Shown here one piece after another: positions 27,022 to 37,468 of a stretch of 64,000 nucleotides of DNA (position 1 is the stretch's first letter; each line of letters opens with the position of its first letter). The position numbers were made by a program, and so were the translations under genes. The stretch is from assembly GCA_029548865.1 (NCBI GenBank), contig JAKPMO010000002.1, positions 128,001 to 192,000 on the forward strand. The letters are read 5' to 3'. Below the pieces are notes generated by a model. That model was not told the origin of the DNA and made no database searches. It worked only from the letters and a program-made list of their open reading frames with translations. Origin of the DNA: Caldisericota bacterium (GTDB lineage Bacteria; Caldisericota; Caldisericia; JAAYUI01).

Positions 27022-27098
27022 AACGCCTCCTTTTGAGGGAATTCTATCTTTGCTTCAAATGCCAGTCAACTTAGATATAATGTCAAAGGAGGTTTAAC

Positions 27099-27782
27099 AT
27101 GCAGATATTTCTTGATACAGCTTCGGTAGAAGAGATAAAGAGGGCCCTTTCTTTTGGTGTTGTTTCAGGTGTGACAACAAATCCAACTCTGATGAGCAGG
27201 GAATCAGGTGCCAGCTTCAAAGACACCATTCTTAAAATTGCAGGGATGGTGCCGGGTCCAGTTTCAGCAGAAGTCACTGTTCATGATGCAAAGGGCATGA
27301 TCAATCAGGCAATGGAGATTACCGGGTGGTCCGACAGTGATGATTTCAGGGACAGGATAACCATCAAAATACCGATGACTTCTGAAGGAACATCGGCAAT
27401 AAAAGAGCTCAGCTCAAGGGGAATCTCTACGAATTGCACTCTGGTTTTCACCCCAGTTCAGGCGATGCTTGCCTGTGAGGCCGGAGCAACGTTTATTTCG
27501 CCGTTTGTTGGCAGGATAGATGATTCTGGGCTTGATGGAATGTCTGTTCTAAAGGATATTGTCTCGATGGTCAGGACGAATGGCTACGTTTCTCAGATAA
27601 TTGCAGCATCAATCCGTCATCCTGCGCATGTCTACGGAGCGGCAATGCTTGGTTGCGACATTGCAACCATCCCGTTTACAGTGCTGGAGCAGTGCTTCAA
27701 AAACCCACTAACTGATATTGGAATCAGGAAATTTGATGAAGATTGGAAGAAATTCCAGGCTTCTCAAGCTCCAAAAGCCTGA
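27099..27782 (+). CDS. tal: transaldolase (MipB/TalC-size family)
   Basis: IFLDTA, GVTTNP, SAEV, Schiff-base KIP, SPFVGR, AASIR; Glu and Phe favour transaldolase over FSA. Confidence 0.9.
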   Translation: MQIFLDTASVEEIKRALSFGVVSGVTTNPTLMSRESGASFKDTILKIAGMVPGPVSAEVTVHDAKGMINQAMEITGWSDSDDFRDRITIKIPMTSEGTSAIKELSSRGISTNCTLVFTPVQAMLACEAGATFISPFVGRIDDSGLDGMSVLKDIVSMVRTNGYVSQIIAASIRHPAHVYGAAMLGCDIATIPFTVLEQCFKNPLTDIGIRKFDEDWKKFQASQAPKA

Positions 27783-28200
27783 TTTTCATTGTAAGATCGC
27801 CTGGTTTCCCCCCAAACCCGCCGATCCCATGTTTTGCCACTACCCTGTGGCAAGGAACAACAATCAGGATTGGGTTTTGGCCAAGCGCATTGCCGCAGGC
27901 CCTCTGTGAGTTTGGCCTGCCAATTTTTGCCGCGAGCCCGGAATAGGCAAGAACACTGCCATACGGTATCTCGCGGCATGCGTTCCATATTGCTTTCTGG
28001 AAATCGGTGCCATCAGGATCTATCTGGATGTCGAATGATTTTCTTTTGAGAGTAAAATATTCTTCAAGCTGAACCTCGAGGTTTTTTGCGCAATCCTCGA
28101 ATGCGTCACAGTCACCCTTTCCAAAACCAAGCCCGTTGAGCTTTCCATGGCGAAACACTGCCACCATTGGACCCCAGCTTGTTTTGAGGGTTTGTCTCAT
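27724..28200 (-). CDS. ogt: methylated-DNA--protein-cysteine methyltransferase
   Basis: GTDFQ, IPYG, RACGNALGQNP, PCHRV. Confidence 0.92.
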   Translation of the reverse strand: MRQTLKTSWGPMVAVFRHGKLNGLGFGKGDCDAFEDCAKNLEVQLEEYFTLKRKSFDIQIDPDGTDFQKAIWNACREIPYGSVLAYSGLAAKIGRPNSQRACGNALGQNPILIVVPCHRVVAKHGIGGFGGKPGDLTMKIRLLELEKPGISSNLHQIS

Positions 28201-28994
28201 TTTGTCTCCCAGCTATCTAGAACGAGGGTGAAGGTCGTCTTTGGCGGTTCCCAGCCAGCCGGTTTCTTGGGGTTTGAATCTGGGTATGCCAGGAAACCCA
28301 TGTCTTGCTCATATCTTATTAATCTGTTGGTTTCCATATCATACCATACCCTTTCAACGATCTCGTTGCACCTTATTCCAGCGGCCCAGGCATTGTATTT
28401 CTTGCCCCTGACTTCCAGCTTTGTTGTTCCACCCATCCATATCATGCCCTGTGTTGGTTCTGCTGTTCGGTTGGCAAAGTATGTGAACAGCCTTTGTTTG
28501 TCTTTTTCATAGCCAAGCGTTGGCGTAAACCACATTACAGAATCTTCATCGTGGAATTCTTCATAGAATTTTACTTCTTTGCTATATGAACCGTTTGGAT
28601 ATTTGTTTGTCCAGCTGACATTTTTCTCTCCATATTTTGATTCGGTCTCGTTGAATCCATTCATTGTGCCTTTCCATTCCATCTTAAAGTAGGAATAAAG
28701 TGGCTTCCATGAGTTGGCATTAACTATTGAGGTAGTTTTCGATTTTATTTCGAAATCCTGGGGTTGGCGTGGATCTTTATAGGTATAATTGGCATCACTC
28801 TCTATTGTAAGGCTTTTTTGCCCTTCATAGACGCCTTCTTTGAACGTGTAAATCATTTTTCCAACATTTATATCATCTATAAAAATCTGGTATGTGGCCT
28901 TGGTTCCATTGCTGTAAAGCTTGTCGGTTGGGACACCTTGCCCGCATGAAGTCAGCATGATTGCTGCCAGTACCAGGAATGCCATTTTTTTCAT
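28197..28994 (-). CDS. hypothetical lipoprotein (beta-rich)
   Basis: GGAGG RBS, lipobox LTSC; ATGA overlap with ogt. Confidence 0.8.
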   Translation of the reverse strand: MKKMAFLVLAAIMLTSCGQGVPTDKLYSNGTKATYQIFIDDINVGKMIYTFKEGVYEGQKSLTIESDANYTYKDPRQPQDFEIKSKTTSIVNANSWKPLYSYFKMEWKGTMNGFNETESKYGEKNVSWTNKYPNGSYSKEVKFYEEFHDEDSVMWFTPTLGYEKDKQRLFTYFANRTAEPTQGMIWMGGTTKLEVRGKKYNAWAAGIRCNEIVERVWYDMETNRLIRYEQDMGFLAYPDSNPKKPAGWEPPKTTFTLVLDSWETK

Positions 28995-29081
28995 ATCAAT
29001 CGAACCTCCTGTTAAAGGTTATCATTGCACCCTACCTGGTCAAGGCTTGAAAGGTTCCCGAAACAAATGGATAATTCATCC

Positions 29082-31154
29082 ATGAGACGTTTGTCTGCTT
29101 TCCTTGTGGTGTTGGCAATTTCACAATCTTTTTGTTTTGCTGGCGGTATTTCATCGGCACCATTTCCGTTCAAAAAAACCTGTATTGTAGAACTGGCAAC
29201 GTCTGTAAACTGCAGCTATTGCCCTGTTGCGGAGAAGGCGCTCAAGGAGCTGGAATCTGAAAATGATCTATCCGATATGGTGATTTTTGCCCACCACTAC
29301 AAAGATTCGCTTTCGTGCTATGGTGGCAATTCGAGAATGGCAGAGTATGGGGTGAATGCCACTCCAATAGCGATCTTTAATGGCCAGGACTACTATGTTG
29401 GTGGTGATCCCAACTGCAAAGACCGCTACAGGCAGAAAATATCCGACCAGCTTTCGCAAACCAGCCCTTTCCTTGTGCATTTAATGGGCAAGATAGAGAA
29501 AAGCAAACTTAGTCTGACCGCCTGGGTTGTTGCCTGGGAATACCTCCCTCCGGATGTCAATTACACATTTCTGGTTGGCCGTCTAGACACAAAAACTGAT
29601 GGAAGGCATTATCCTTGGGTAACCAGAGATGTGGTGCCAAAACCTACTGGGACTCCGATAAAATTCTCAAACTTTTCGGTGACCAGATTTGAAGCTACTT
29701 ACGACCTGCTTTCCATACCAGAAGATGAGGTCTTTGCATCTTTTGTGCTTGAATCTTTTGCTAAAAAAAATATTTTTCAGGTGGCATCATGGCGTCCCGG
29801 GTGCCTGCAAGCAAGCTCATTTGAGCCATCGCTTGGCCTGAAGCTTGATACTTCCCCATCTTCTGTGACGATATCTTTCCCCACTGGCAAAAAGCTTGAA
29901 AAAATCGGGAAAGTTACCTTCGTGGATTCAAAGGGCAAGAACTACCAAGTTGTGCCGAAGCTTGATGGTGAAAAAGCGATTTTTACACCATCGGGCAAAT
30001 TGCCTGATGGAACATATCTTCTTTATATCGCGTCTGGGAAAGATGGCCTTTCCTCCGGCAGTTCAATCCTCAATTCGCCAGCATTCCTTTTCTTCAAAGT
30101 GGAAGAAAAAACGACTGTTCCAGACCCTCCTGAACCTCCGCCAACCAAACCTGCAAAGCTCCTGGTCGAGAAACTTGGTTTTGATCTTGGCGAGATACCG
30201 CGCAAGTCAGGACGTGAGCTGTATTTTGACATCAAGAACGAGGGTGATGAAAAGCTTTCTGGCAAGGTTGCCGTTGATTGTGAGTGGCTCTCTGTTGAAC
30301 CATCGACCTTTGATAATGCGCCTGCCACAATAAAATGCACGGTGGATACGGAAAAAATGAGACCAGGGGTTGATGAATCATGCATTATTTCAATAACCTC
30401 GAACGGTGGTGATGCAACAATTGGGGTCAAAGCTAGAACACACATGCTTCCGCCACTTCTTAACGTTGAACCAGCAGAGCTGAATTTTGGGGAGAATCTC
30501 GACAAGATCATAACTTTCGAAGTCAAAAACCTTGGCGAGTCAGTTATCTCTGGGACTGCCAAAAGCGCCCAATCATGGCTGTCAATTACGCCTGAGGAAT
30601 TCGGTGGAGACACCAATATCAATGTATCGATCAACAAAGCCGAAATACCCAAATTTGAAGAACCAGGCAAACATACAATTGAAGGTACGATAGTTGTTGA
30701 GACAAACGGCGGGCTCATTGAAATCAAAGTGAAAGCGATTGTTGTTGTCGAGAAACAGCCAATTGTGATTGAATTGATGGTTGGGACCCCGTTTGCAGTT
30801 GTTGATGGTAAAACCAAGCTCCTCCAAGCTCCTCCAATGATTGTATCCGGAAGAACCCTTGTTCCATTGAGGTTTGTTGCAGAAACTTTTGGTGGTCAGG
30901 TCCTGTGGGATCAGGCCACAAAAACAACCACGCTGAAATTTGAATCGAAAAAGGTTGAGATTTCTTTGCGTTCTGGCGAGGCAAAGGCCACAATAAAAGA
31001 TGAAACGGGAGTCAGAACAGTTGAACTTGTTCCAGGTCTGACAATAAAAAGTGGAACCAGTTTTGTCCCATTGAGATTTTTCTCGGAAGTTCTGGGTGCG
31101 ACTGTCGAGTGGTTTGCCCAGGAGAAGAGAATAAGGATAGTTTATTTGCCCTAG
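29082..31154 (+). CDS. secreted Omp28-like CxxC + Ig/BACON-like + stalk-domain protein
   Basis: Signal peptide MRRLSAFL; ELATSVNCSYCP; TPIAIFNG; RTLVPLRFVAE, SFVPLRFFSE. Confidence 0.85.
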   Translation: MRRLSAFLVVLAISQSFCFAGGISSAPFPFKKTCIVELATSVNCSYCPVAEKALKELESENDLSDMVIFAHHYKDSLSCYGGNSRMAEYGVNATPIAIFNGQDYYVGGDPNCKDRYRQKISDQLSQTSPFLVHLMGKIEKSKLSLTAWVVAWEYLPPDVNYTFLVGRLDTKTDGRHYPWVTRDVVPKPTGTPIKFSNFSVTRFEATYDLLSIPEDEVFASFVLESFAKKNIFQVASWRPGCLQASSFEPSLGLKLDTSPSSVTISFPTGKKLEKIGKVTFVDSKGKNYQVVPKLDGEKAIFTPSGKLPDGTYLLYIASGKDGLSSGSSILNSPAFLFFKVEEKTTVPDPPEPPPTKPAKLLVEKLGFDLGEIPRKSGRELYFDIKNEGDEKLSGKVAVDCEWLSVEPSTFDNAPATIKCTVDTEKMRPGVDESCIISITSNGGDATIGVKARTHMLPPLLNVEPAELNFGENLDKIITFEVKNLGESVISGTAKSAQSWLSITPEEFGGDTNINVSINKAEIPKFEEPGKHTIEGTIVVETNGGLIEIKVKAIVVVEKQPIVIELMVGTPFAVVDGKTKLLQAPPMIVSGRTLVPLRFVAETFGGQVLWDQATKTTTLKFESKKVEISLRSGEAKATIKDETGVRTVELVPGLTIKSGTSFVPLRFFSEVLGATVEWFAQEKRIRIVYLP

Positions 31155-31807
31155 CGGACGCTTACTACAACTATCGAATCACCTTCAATGAAGGCTTTTT
31201 GAGTTCTGAGCTCCCTCTTTAGGCCCTGGGCCGATGGTGAAACCGCCACTTTGTCTGCAATTCTTAGTTGGACCGGCTCAAAATCCATTGCAATGATGTA
31301 GGATTCTCTATTTCCTTTGCAGCCGGCACAAACCCTTCCCCTGACTGCGCCCATGACGAAAACATTGCCTGTTGCAACAACCTCGGCCCCTGGGTTCACG
31401 TCTCCAGCAACAACTATATCACCTTCATATTCGACTGACTGCCCAGCCCTGAGAGTGTGGGAAATGACTTTGGTATTGCAGAGCTGCGGGCCTGTCTTGA
31501 AGAGTTTATCTTCCTCAATTTTTGGTTTTTCTTCTTCGCCCTGTACAGGAATGAGCGGAGCAACGTCGACGCCATACTTTAGTTTTAGCGATGACCTGAA
31601 GTAGTCGAATTCGTCTTTTGTGAATGCCCTTTCCTTTAGCGAAACCATGATCTGGTTTCCAGAGAAAAAACTTTTTGCTGACTTGATTTTTTGTTCCAGT
31701 TTTGAGAACAGCCTCACCAAGTCATATTTTTCATCGACGATCACGTTCACGCCGTCTATTGTTCCCTTGATTGTGACGGCATCATCCGGAATGGCTTTTC
31801 TTGGCAT
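31151..31807 (-). CDS. minC: septum site-determining protein MinC
   Basis: VTIKG, TLRAGQ, GDVNPGAEVVATG, QLRIAD; start at 31807 or 31816. Confidence 0.9.
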   Translation of the reverse strand: MPRKAIPDDAVTIKGTIDGVNVIVDEKYDLVRLFSKLEQKIKSAKSFFSGNQIMVSLKERAFTKDEFDYFRSSLKLKYGVDVAPLIPVQGEEEKPKIEEDKLFKTGPQLCNTKVISHTLRAGQSVEYEGDIVVAGDVNPGAEVVATGNVFVMGAVRGRVCAGCKGNRESYIIAMDFEPVQLRIADKVAVSPSAQGLKRELRTQKAFIEGDSIVVVSVR

Positions 31808-31821
31808 GGTGGCCATGTATT

Positions 31822-32412
31822 CTACATCAACCCTCTGTCCGAAGCAAGTGACATCAGCTCCACCACACATGATAGCGGAAGTCCCATGACATTGTCCAGT
31901 GGCCCGTCAATTCCGCTGACGAGAAGCCATCCCTTCTCCTGGATGCCATAAGCACCGGCTTTGTCCAGCGTGTTGACGTCTCTGATGTATGATTCGATTG
32001 TTTCCTCGCCGAAATTCTTGAATGTTACCTTTGATTCCTGGGTTTTTGAGAGCGGAGAAAACTCTTGCCCTATGATTGTTACACAAGACAACACTGAGTG
32101 TGTTTTTCCGGAAAGTTCCCGGAGATATTCCTTTGCCTGTTTCTTGTCTGCGGGTTTCCCATAAACCTTTTCGCCAATACATACCACCGTGTCGCAAGCG
32201 ATGACAATTTTGTCAGGGTGATTTGCAAATACAGCCAAGGCCTTCTTTTGAGAGTTGTGTTTGATCGTAAATTCCGCGCTGGAGAAATTCTTTTCTTCAA
32301 CGTCGGCATTTATTGCAACAAAAGGAACACCAAGCAGTTTTAATAGTTCTATTCTTCTTGGTGACCCTGATGCTAGAATAATCCTAGCTTCTGTAAGATT
32401 TTCTTGTGTCAC
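31822..32412 (-). CDS. maf: Maf nucleoside triphosphate pyrophosphatase (YhdE-like)
   Basis: ILASGSPRR, ACDTVV, GKP, LSGKTH, DKAGAYGIQ, NVMGLP. Confidence 0.93.
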   Translation of the reverse strand: MTQENLTEARIILASGSPRRIELLKLLGVPFVAINADVEEKNFSSAEFTIKHNSQKKALAVFANHPDKIVIACDTVVCIGEKVYGKPADKKQAKEYLRELSGKTHSVLSCVTIIGQEFSPLSKTQESKVTFKNFGEETIESYIRDVNTLDKAGAYGIQEKGWLLVSGIDGPLDNVMGLPLSCVVELMSLASDRGLM

Positions 32413-33424
32413 TTGTGACTATTCCTAACAGCTCCCCACACCTTGTGCATCTTCCCATTGCGGAGAGGTCCTGTTTTATTTTGTATCCCTCGCGCTCTAT
32501 TATCAGGGCCTGGCACCTTGGGCAATACGTATTCTCACCCCTCTGGGTGTGGACATTGCCAATGTAAACATAGGAAAGGCCAACTTGTTTGCCTATTTTT
32601 TCAGCCATCTCCAGTGAAGGCAAGTTTGTTGGCATGAGGTGTCTGAAACGGAGCGCTGGATAAAACCTTGTTACGTGCCAGGGTACCTTCGGGCCGAGGT
32701 TGTCTCTTATCCAGGTAGCTATGGCTCTCAGCTCGCTTTCACTGTCATTGACAGTTGGGATGATGTTGGTCACGCATTCAACGTGCATGCCCCACCTATC
32801 CCGTGCCCATACGGTGCCTTCAAGGATTTCTGATGGGTCAACACCCTTGATGCCTATGCGTCCCAGTGTTATGTCGGTCATTCCCTTGATGTCCACTCTG
32901 TAGGCATCGCAATATGGCCCGTAATAGTCAATTGATTCCTTGGTCGATGATCCGTTTGTGACAAGGACTGTATAGAGATCGTGCTTTTTTGCCAACTTGA
33001 AAACGTCCCTCACAAACTCTGGCCAAATGGCTGGCTCATTGTATGTGAACGCCATCCCGTCGGCGTTTTTTGCCAAAGCGTCGCTGATCAGTTTTTCGGG
33101 TGATACTGCGTCTTCGTCCCTAAGGCCTGGGACAATGTGGGCTATTTCATAATTCTGGCACATTCCGCAGCCGAAATTACACCCCCACCCACCGATTGAG
33201 TAAACGTGTGATCCAGGGAAAAAATGAAAAAGGGGCTTTTTTTCGATAGGGTCGAGCGCAATTGAGGAGATGTGTCCATAAGTCAGAGAGTAGAGTTTGC
33301 CACCTTCATTTTTCCTTGTTGCGCAGGCGCCTGTCCTGCCAATTGCGATTCTGCACCGCCTTATGCAGGCGGTGCAGACCACAGAATTATCTTTGTCTTC
33401 AAGCCAAAGCTCGCAGAGCTTCAT
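32384..33424 (-). CDS. amrS: AmmeMemoRadiSam system radical SAM enzyme
   Basis: N-terminal Cys cluster, DPIEKKPLFHF, CNFGCGMCQN, FTYNEP, WHVTRFYP, YVYIGNV, TYCPRC. Confidence 0.9.
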   Translation of the reverse strand: MKLCELWLEDKDNSVVCTACIRRCRIAIGRTGACATRKNEGGKLYSLTYGHISSIALDPIEKKPLFHFFPGSHVYSIGGWGCNFGCGMCQNYEIAHIVPGLRDEDAVSPEKLISDALAKNADGMAFTYNEPAIWPEFVRDVFKLAKKHDLYTVLVTNGSSTKESIDYYGPYCDAYRVDIKGMTDITLGRIGIKGVDPSEILEGTVWARDRWGMHVECVTNIIPTVNDSESELRAIATWIRDNLGPKVPWHVTRFYPALRFRHLMPTNLPSLEMAEKIGKQVGLSYVYIGNVHTQRGENTYCPRCQALIIEREGYKIKQDLSAMGRCTRCGELLGIVTSDTRKSYRS

Positions 33425-33430
33425 TTTCTC

Positions 33431-34825
33431 CTATTTGACGTTTGCTTTTATATATTCGTCGATTGAACGTGCGGCGATTTTTCCAGCGCCCATTGCCTGT
33501 ATGACGGTTGCAGACCCTGTTACTGCATCTCCGCCACCGAACACACCTGGCATGGTCGTCTGGTACTTGTCGTCAACGATAAGATTGCCATGCTTGGCAG
33601 TTTTCAGTTCCGGGGTTGTTTGGGCTATGAGCGGGTTTGGCGAAGTTCCGAGTGCAATTATGACTGTATCGAGTTCCACGGTGAACTCGGAGCCTGGTAT
33701 CGGCTCCGGGCGGCACCTTCCAGAAGCATCCGGCTCACAGAGCCTCATTTTGACACATTTCATGCCTGTGACTTTGCCTTTTTCGTCAGCAAGGATTTCG
33801 AGTGGGTTTGTGAGCCAGTTGAATTCTACCCCTTCTTCCTGGGCATGGTGGTATTCTTCAACCCTGGCTGTCATTTCGTTGGATGTCCTGCGGTATACAA
33901 TCATTGCTTTTTCAGCACCAAGCCTCAGGGCTGTCCTTACCGAGTCCATTGCAACGTTTCCACAACCTACGACAGCAACCCTTTTGCCCAGCCACACTGG
34001 GGTGTCAAAATTTGGGAATTTGTAGGCTTTCATAAGGTTGACCCTAGTCAGGTACTCATTGGCGGAAAATACCCCGTTAGAATTCTCGCCAGGGATGTTC
34101 AGGAAGGATGGGAGTCCTGCCCCCGACCCTATGAATACTGCCTTGTAGCCTCCATCAAACAGCTCTTTTATGGTGGTAGATTTGCCGATCAGGACATCCA
34201 TTTTTATCTGTACTCCGAGGTTTTTGACGTAATTGACCTCGGTTTCAATAATGTTTCTGGGGAGTCTGAATGGAGGAATCCCGTAAGATAGGACCCCGCC
34301 TGGCTTGTGTAGTGCCTCGAATATAGTCACTTCATAGCCCATCCTGGCGAGATCGGCGGCGCATGTAAGGCTGGATGGACCAGCACCGACAACTGCAACC
34401 TTGAGCCCGTTTTTGACTGGCGCTTCGGGTGCTTTTACGCCATCTCTTATCTCCTGGTCGGCAACAAACCTTTCAAGTTTTCCAATAGAAACAGGATCAC
34501 CCTTCACTCCAAGCGTGCATTTTGCCTCGCACTGGGACTCCTGCGGGCAAACCCTGCCGCAAATGCCTGGGAGGTTGTTCTTTTCCTTGTTCTTGGCGAT
34601 GGCGCCCTTGAAGTCGCCTTCTGATATCAATTTTATAAATTCTGGTATGTAGACCTCAACTGGACAACCAGCTACGCAAGGCCTGTTTTTGCACTGAAGG
34701 CAGCGCTTTGCTTCTTCGATTGCCTGCTCAGCCGTATAGCCAAGGTTTACCTCTTCAAAATTTCTTGCCCTTTCTTTTGGGTCTCTCTCGGACGTTGGCA
34801 CCCTTTTGAAGTTTATTTGTGGCAT
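33431..34825 (-). CDS. nfnB: NfnB / GltD-like flavin Fe-S subunit of electron-bifurcating transhydrogenase
   Basis: EAKRCLQC, CVAGCPV, CGRVCPQESQCE, YGIPPFRLP, YRR, GGDAVTG. Confidence 0.9.
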   Translation of the reverse strand: MPQINFKRVPTSERDPKERARNFEEVNLGYTAEQAIEEAKRCLQCKNRPCVAGCPVEVYIPEFIKLISEGDFKGAIAKNKEKNNLPGICGRVCPQESQCEAKCTLGVKGDPVSIGKLERFVADQEIRDGVKAPEAPVKNGLKVAVVGAGPSSLTCAADLARMGYEVTIFEALHKPGGVLSYGIPPFRLPRNIIETEVNYVKNLGVQIKMDVLIGKSTTIKELFDGGYKAVFIGSGAGLPSFLNIPGENSNGVFSANEYLTRVNLMKAYKFPNFDTPVWLGKRVAVVGCGNVAMDSVRTALRLGAEKAMIVYRRTSNEMTARVEEYHHAQEEGVEFNWLTNPLEILADEKGKVTGMKCVKMRLCEPDASGRCRPEPIPGSEFTVELDTVIIALGTSPNPLIAQTTPELKTAKHGNLIVDDKYQTTMPGVFGGGDAVTGSATVIQAMGAGKIAARSIDEYIKANVK

Positions 34826-35655
34826 TTGCAGCCCTCCTTTTGCCAAAGCCCAAGCGACTGCTGTTCCATCTCCTTGAACATTGCAAGGCGCTTCATCAGA
34901 AGGTCAAAATCAACCTGGTGTCCGTCGAAGTCCGGTCCATCGACGCACCCGAATTTTGTGACCCCGCCAACGCTTACCCTACAAGCTCCACACATACCTG
35001 TTCCATCGACCATGATGGGGTTTAGTGAAACATAGGTTTTGACTTCATAAGGTTTTGTTGCTTTTGCAACTTCGCGCATCATGATCACTGGGCCAACGCT
35101 GAATACCACGTCTGCCTTGTCGACACCCTGCAAAAGCTCGGCCAGCGGCCCTGTTACGAGGCCTTTCTTGCCGTACGAGCCATCGTCTGTTGTGACGATG
35201 AGTTCATGTGATGCGGCCCTCATTTCGTCCTCAAAGAATACAAGGTCTTTGCATCTTGAGCCAATGATTGATGTGACCTGGACACCCATGGCCTTGAGTT
35301 CTTTTGCGATTGGGTGGATGCAGGCTATACCAACGCCACCGCCAACGCAAATAGCCTTTTTGAATCCGTCCAGATGGGTTGGAGTGCCAAGAGGACCAAT
35401 AATGTCCGTTATGGCATCACCCTTTTCAAAACAGTGCAGTCTGTTTGTGGTTGTCCCGATTGCCTGGACGACTATTTTGATTCGCCCAGTCTTTGGGTCC
35501 GTGTCGGCAAGAGTTATTGGTATTCTCTCGCCTTCTTCGTCGAGCCTCAGTATCACAAATTGTCCCGGCCTGGCTTTTTTCGCGACAAGCGGAGCCTCGA
35601 AGACGTATTCACAAATTTTGTCTGCAAGGTCCCTTTTCTCAAGAATGGTAAACAA
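34813..35655 (-). CDS. nfnA: NfnA / SudB-like FAD [2Fe-2S] subunit
   Basis: PGQFVIL, GERIPIT, GPLG, MVDGTGMCGACRV, CVDGPDFD; TTG start after GGGGGT. Confidence 0.9.
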   Translation of the reverse strand: MFTILEKRDLADKICEYVFEAPLVAKKARPGQFVILRLDEEGERIPITLADTDPKTGRIKIVVQAIGTTTNRLHCFEKGDAITDIIGPLGTPTHLDGFKKAICVGGGVGIACIHPIAKELKAMGVQVTSIIGSRCKDLVFFEDEMRAASHELIVTTDDGSYGKKGLVTGPLAELLQGVDKADVVFSVGPVIMMREVAKATKPYEVKTYVSLNPIMVDGTGMCGACRVSVGGVTKFGCVDGPDFDGHQVDFDLLMKRLAMFKEMEQQSLGLWQKEGCKCHK

Positions 35656-35794
35656 CGCACACCCCCTTTGGTTTTGTTTACAACCGGAAGTAAGTATAGA
35701 TTTTGGCGGGTTTATTGTCCAGTATGAAGCACCCAAAAAATGGCCTGCCAATTCGTGCAAGAATTTTAAACTACGGGGCGTTATAATCCCTTTC

Positions 35795-37468
35795 ATGAAG
35801 AAGTTTTTTATTTTAACACTGGCCTTGCTGATTGTTTTGCCATTACTGCCAGATGGTTTTGGCACTTTGGCTCAGGAAGTTTCCGACTTAAAGTTAATTG
35901 TTGTCGCAGCTGACTTTTCTGATGCTCCGCACAAAAGTGAATTTTCAAATATGTGCGATGAGCTTTTCTCAGAGAGTGGCCAGAGCCTTAACAGGTTTTA
36001 TAAAGAGGTATCATCCGGCACCATAAAGGTTTCGCAGGGGTCTTTTCTTAAGGGTGGCTGGGTAAGGATGCCTAAGCCAATAACATATTACGCGCAGGAC
36101 AACGAGGAATCTTTTGACATCAGATGCCATGAGATGATTGACACATTGATGCACGAAGCTGCAAAAAGTGGGCTTGATTTTGATGAATATATCAAGAGCT
36201 GGTCGCAACCCCCGTGTGTTTGTATTGTTGTGTCAGGTGGGTGTGAAGGATATACCAATTTCCCAAAAAATGACGGTTTCTGGCCGCACATGTCCATGAG
36301 TTCCGTGACCATAGATGGGAAGACAATAGAATTTCTTTACGTCCTTGTTTGTGAAGAGCAATCGGTCAACAGCACTGCAAGCCAGGTCATGGCGCATGAA
36401 TTTGGTCACATAATGGGTTTGGCGGACCTTTATGACTACGATTGCGGAGGGCCTTTCAAGGAAGGTGATTGCGGCTACCCGGTGACCTGTTTTGATATCA
36501 TGGCCGCCAGGCACAAAGGACTTGGGATGAGCGGTTTCCACAGAGAAAGAATGGGTTTCCTCCGCCCCATTGTTGTTGGCCAAAGCGGTGAATACGACAT
36601 TCCACCGATAACCACCAACGCAAATGGGAGCTACCTTGTCGTTCCTATTGAAGGAACCAAGGAATATCTTGCGCTGGAATACAGGAAGAAAGAAGGCACA
36701 GACGCTTTCTGGGGTGGAATACCGTCCGAGGGCCTCTTGGTTTACAAAATTGATGATTCAGTTACTTACAGGCATCGCTTCAACAGTGGCGACAAAAACA
36801 ACCATTATGCAGTCGAAATCTTGAATCCTGGCAAAACAGAATGGCATGAAAATGCTTGCTACTCAATTGAATCTGGCCATACGGTCGCTTCTCCAAAAAC
36901 TGATCCTTCAACGCTCCCTTTTGACAAAAACTATACAAAAATTGTAACAGTTGAGGTTCTTTCAAAGCTCGGTCCCACATTGAAGGTCAGAATAACAATA
37001 ACACCAAAAGAAAACGTCTTTTTCTCTATGGACAAGAACTGGGCGGTGACTGGGGATTTGCATAAGACATGCCTTAGGGTTAGAATGTTCAATAAAGGAA
37101 GCAATCCAGTGATGCTCGATTGTGATCCCCAGGTTTTCGGGGAGAAAAGTGTCAAGCTAAATCCTGATGAGGGCAAAGACATTTCGCTGGTTCTTTCTTA
37201 TCCAAAAGACAAATTGGGGGAGAGACTTGTTGAAAAAAGTGTCTCTGTGGAATCTGAGAACCAAACCTTTTTCTTTAAGGTATTTCTGAGGAATGCTTAT
37301 TTTATCATGGATTACAACTCCAATGGCGTAATTGAGGAGGAAGATCTGTTGAAGATTTTTTCTAGCCTTAGCACTAAAGAGATGAAATATGATCTGGATG
37401 GAGATGGCGCCGTTGGTTATGGGGATTTTATAGTGGCCTCCAGATATATTGGGGTTAAGTATAAATGA
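35795..37468 (+). CDS. secreted M6/immune-inhibitor-A-like metalloprotease with C-terminal dockerin-like domain
   Basis: Signal peptide; FYKEVSSG; AHEFGHIMGLADLYD; EYLALEYR; GLLVYKID; twin loops DYNSNGVIEEED and DLDGDGAVGYGD. Confidence 0.85.
   Translation: MKKFFILTLALLIVLPLLPDGFGTLAQEVSDLKLIVVAADFSDAPHKSEFSNMCDELFSESGQSLNRFYKEVSSGTIKVSQGSFLKGGWVRMPKPITYYAQDNEESFDIRCHEMIDTLMHEAAKSGLDFDEYIKSWSQPPCVCIVVSGGCEGYTNFPKNDGFWPHMSMSSVTIDGKTIEFLYVLVCEEQSVNSTASQVMAHEFGHIMGLADLYDYDCGGPFKEGDCGYPVTCFDIMAARHKGLGMSGFHRERMGFLRPIVVGQSGEYDIPPITTNANGSYLVVPIEGTKEYLALEYRKKEGTDAFWGGIPSEGLLVYKIDDSVTYRHRFNSGDKNNHYAVEILNPGKTEWHENACYSIESGHTVASPKTDPSTLPFDKNYTKIVTVEVLSKLGPTLKVRITITPKENVFFSMDKNWAVTGDLHKTCLRVRMFNKGSNPVMLDCDPQVFGEKSVKLNPDEGKDISLVLSYPKDKLGERLVEKSVSVESENQTFFFKVFLRNAYFIMDYNSNGVIEEEDLLKIFSSLSTKEMKYDLDGDGAVGYGDFIVASRYIGVKYK

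Noticed and set aside
27724..27782. 59-bp convergent overlap of tal and ogt
   Set aside because: Both proteins are complete; ordinary tail overlap
35081..35794. 238-aa N-terminal extension of the M6 protease ORF
   Set aside because: Antisense shadow of nfnA; the signal peptide starts at ATG 35795
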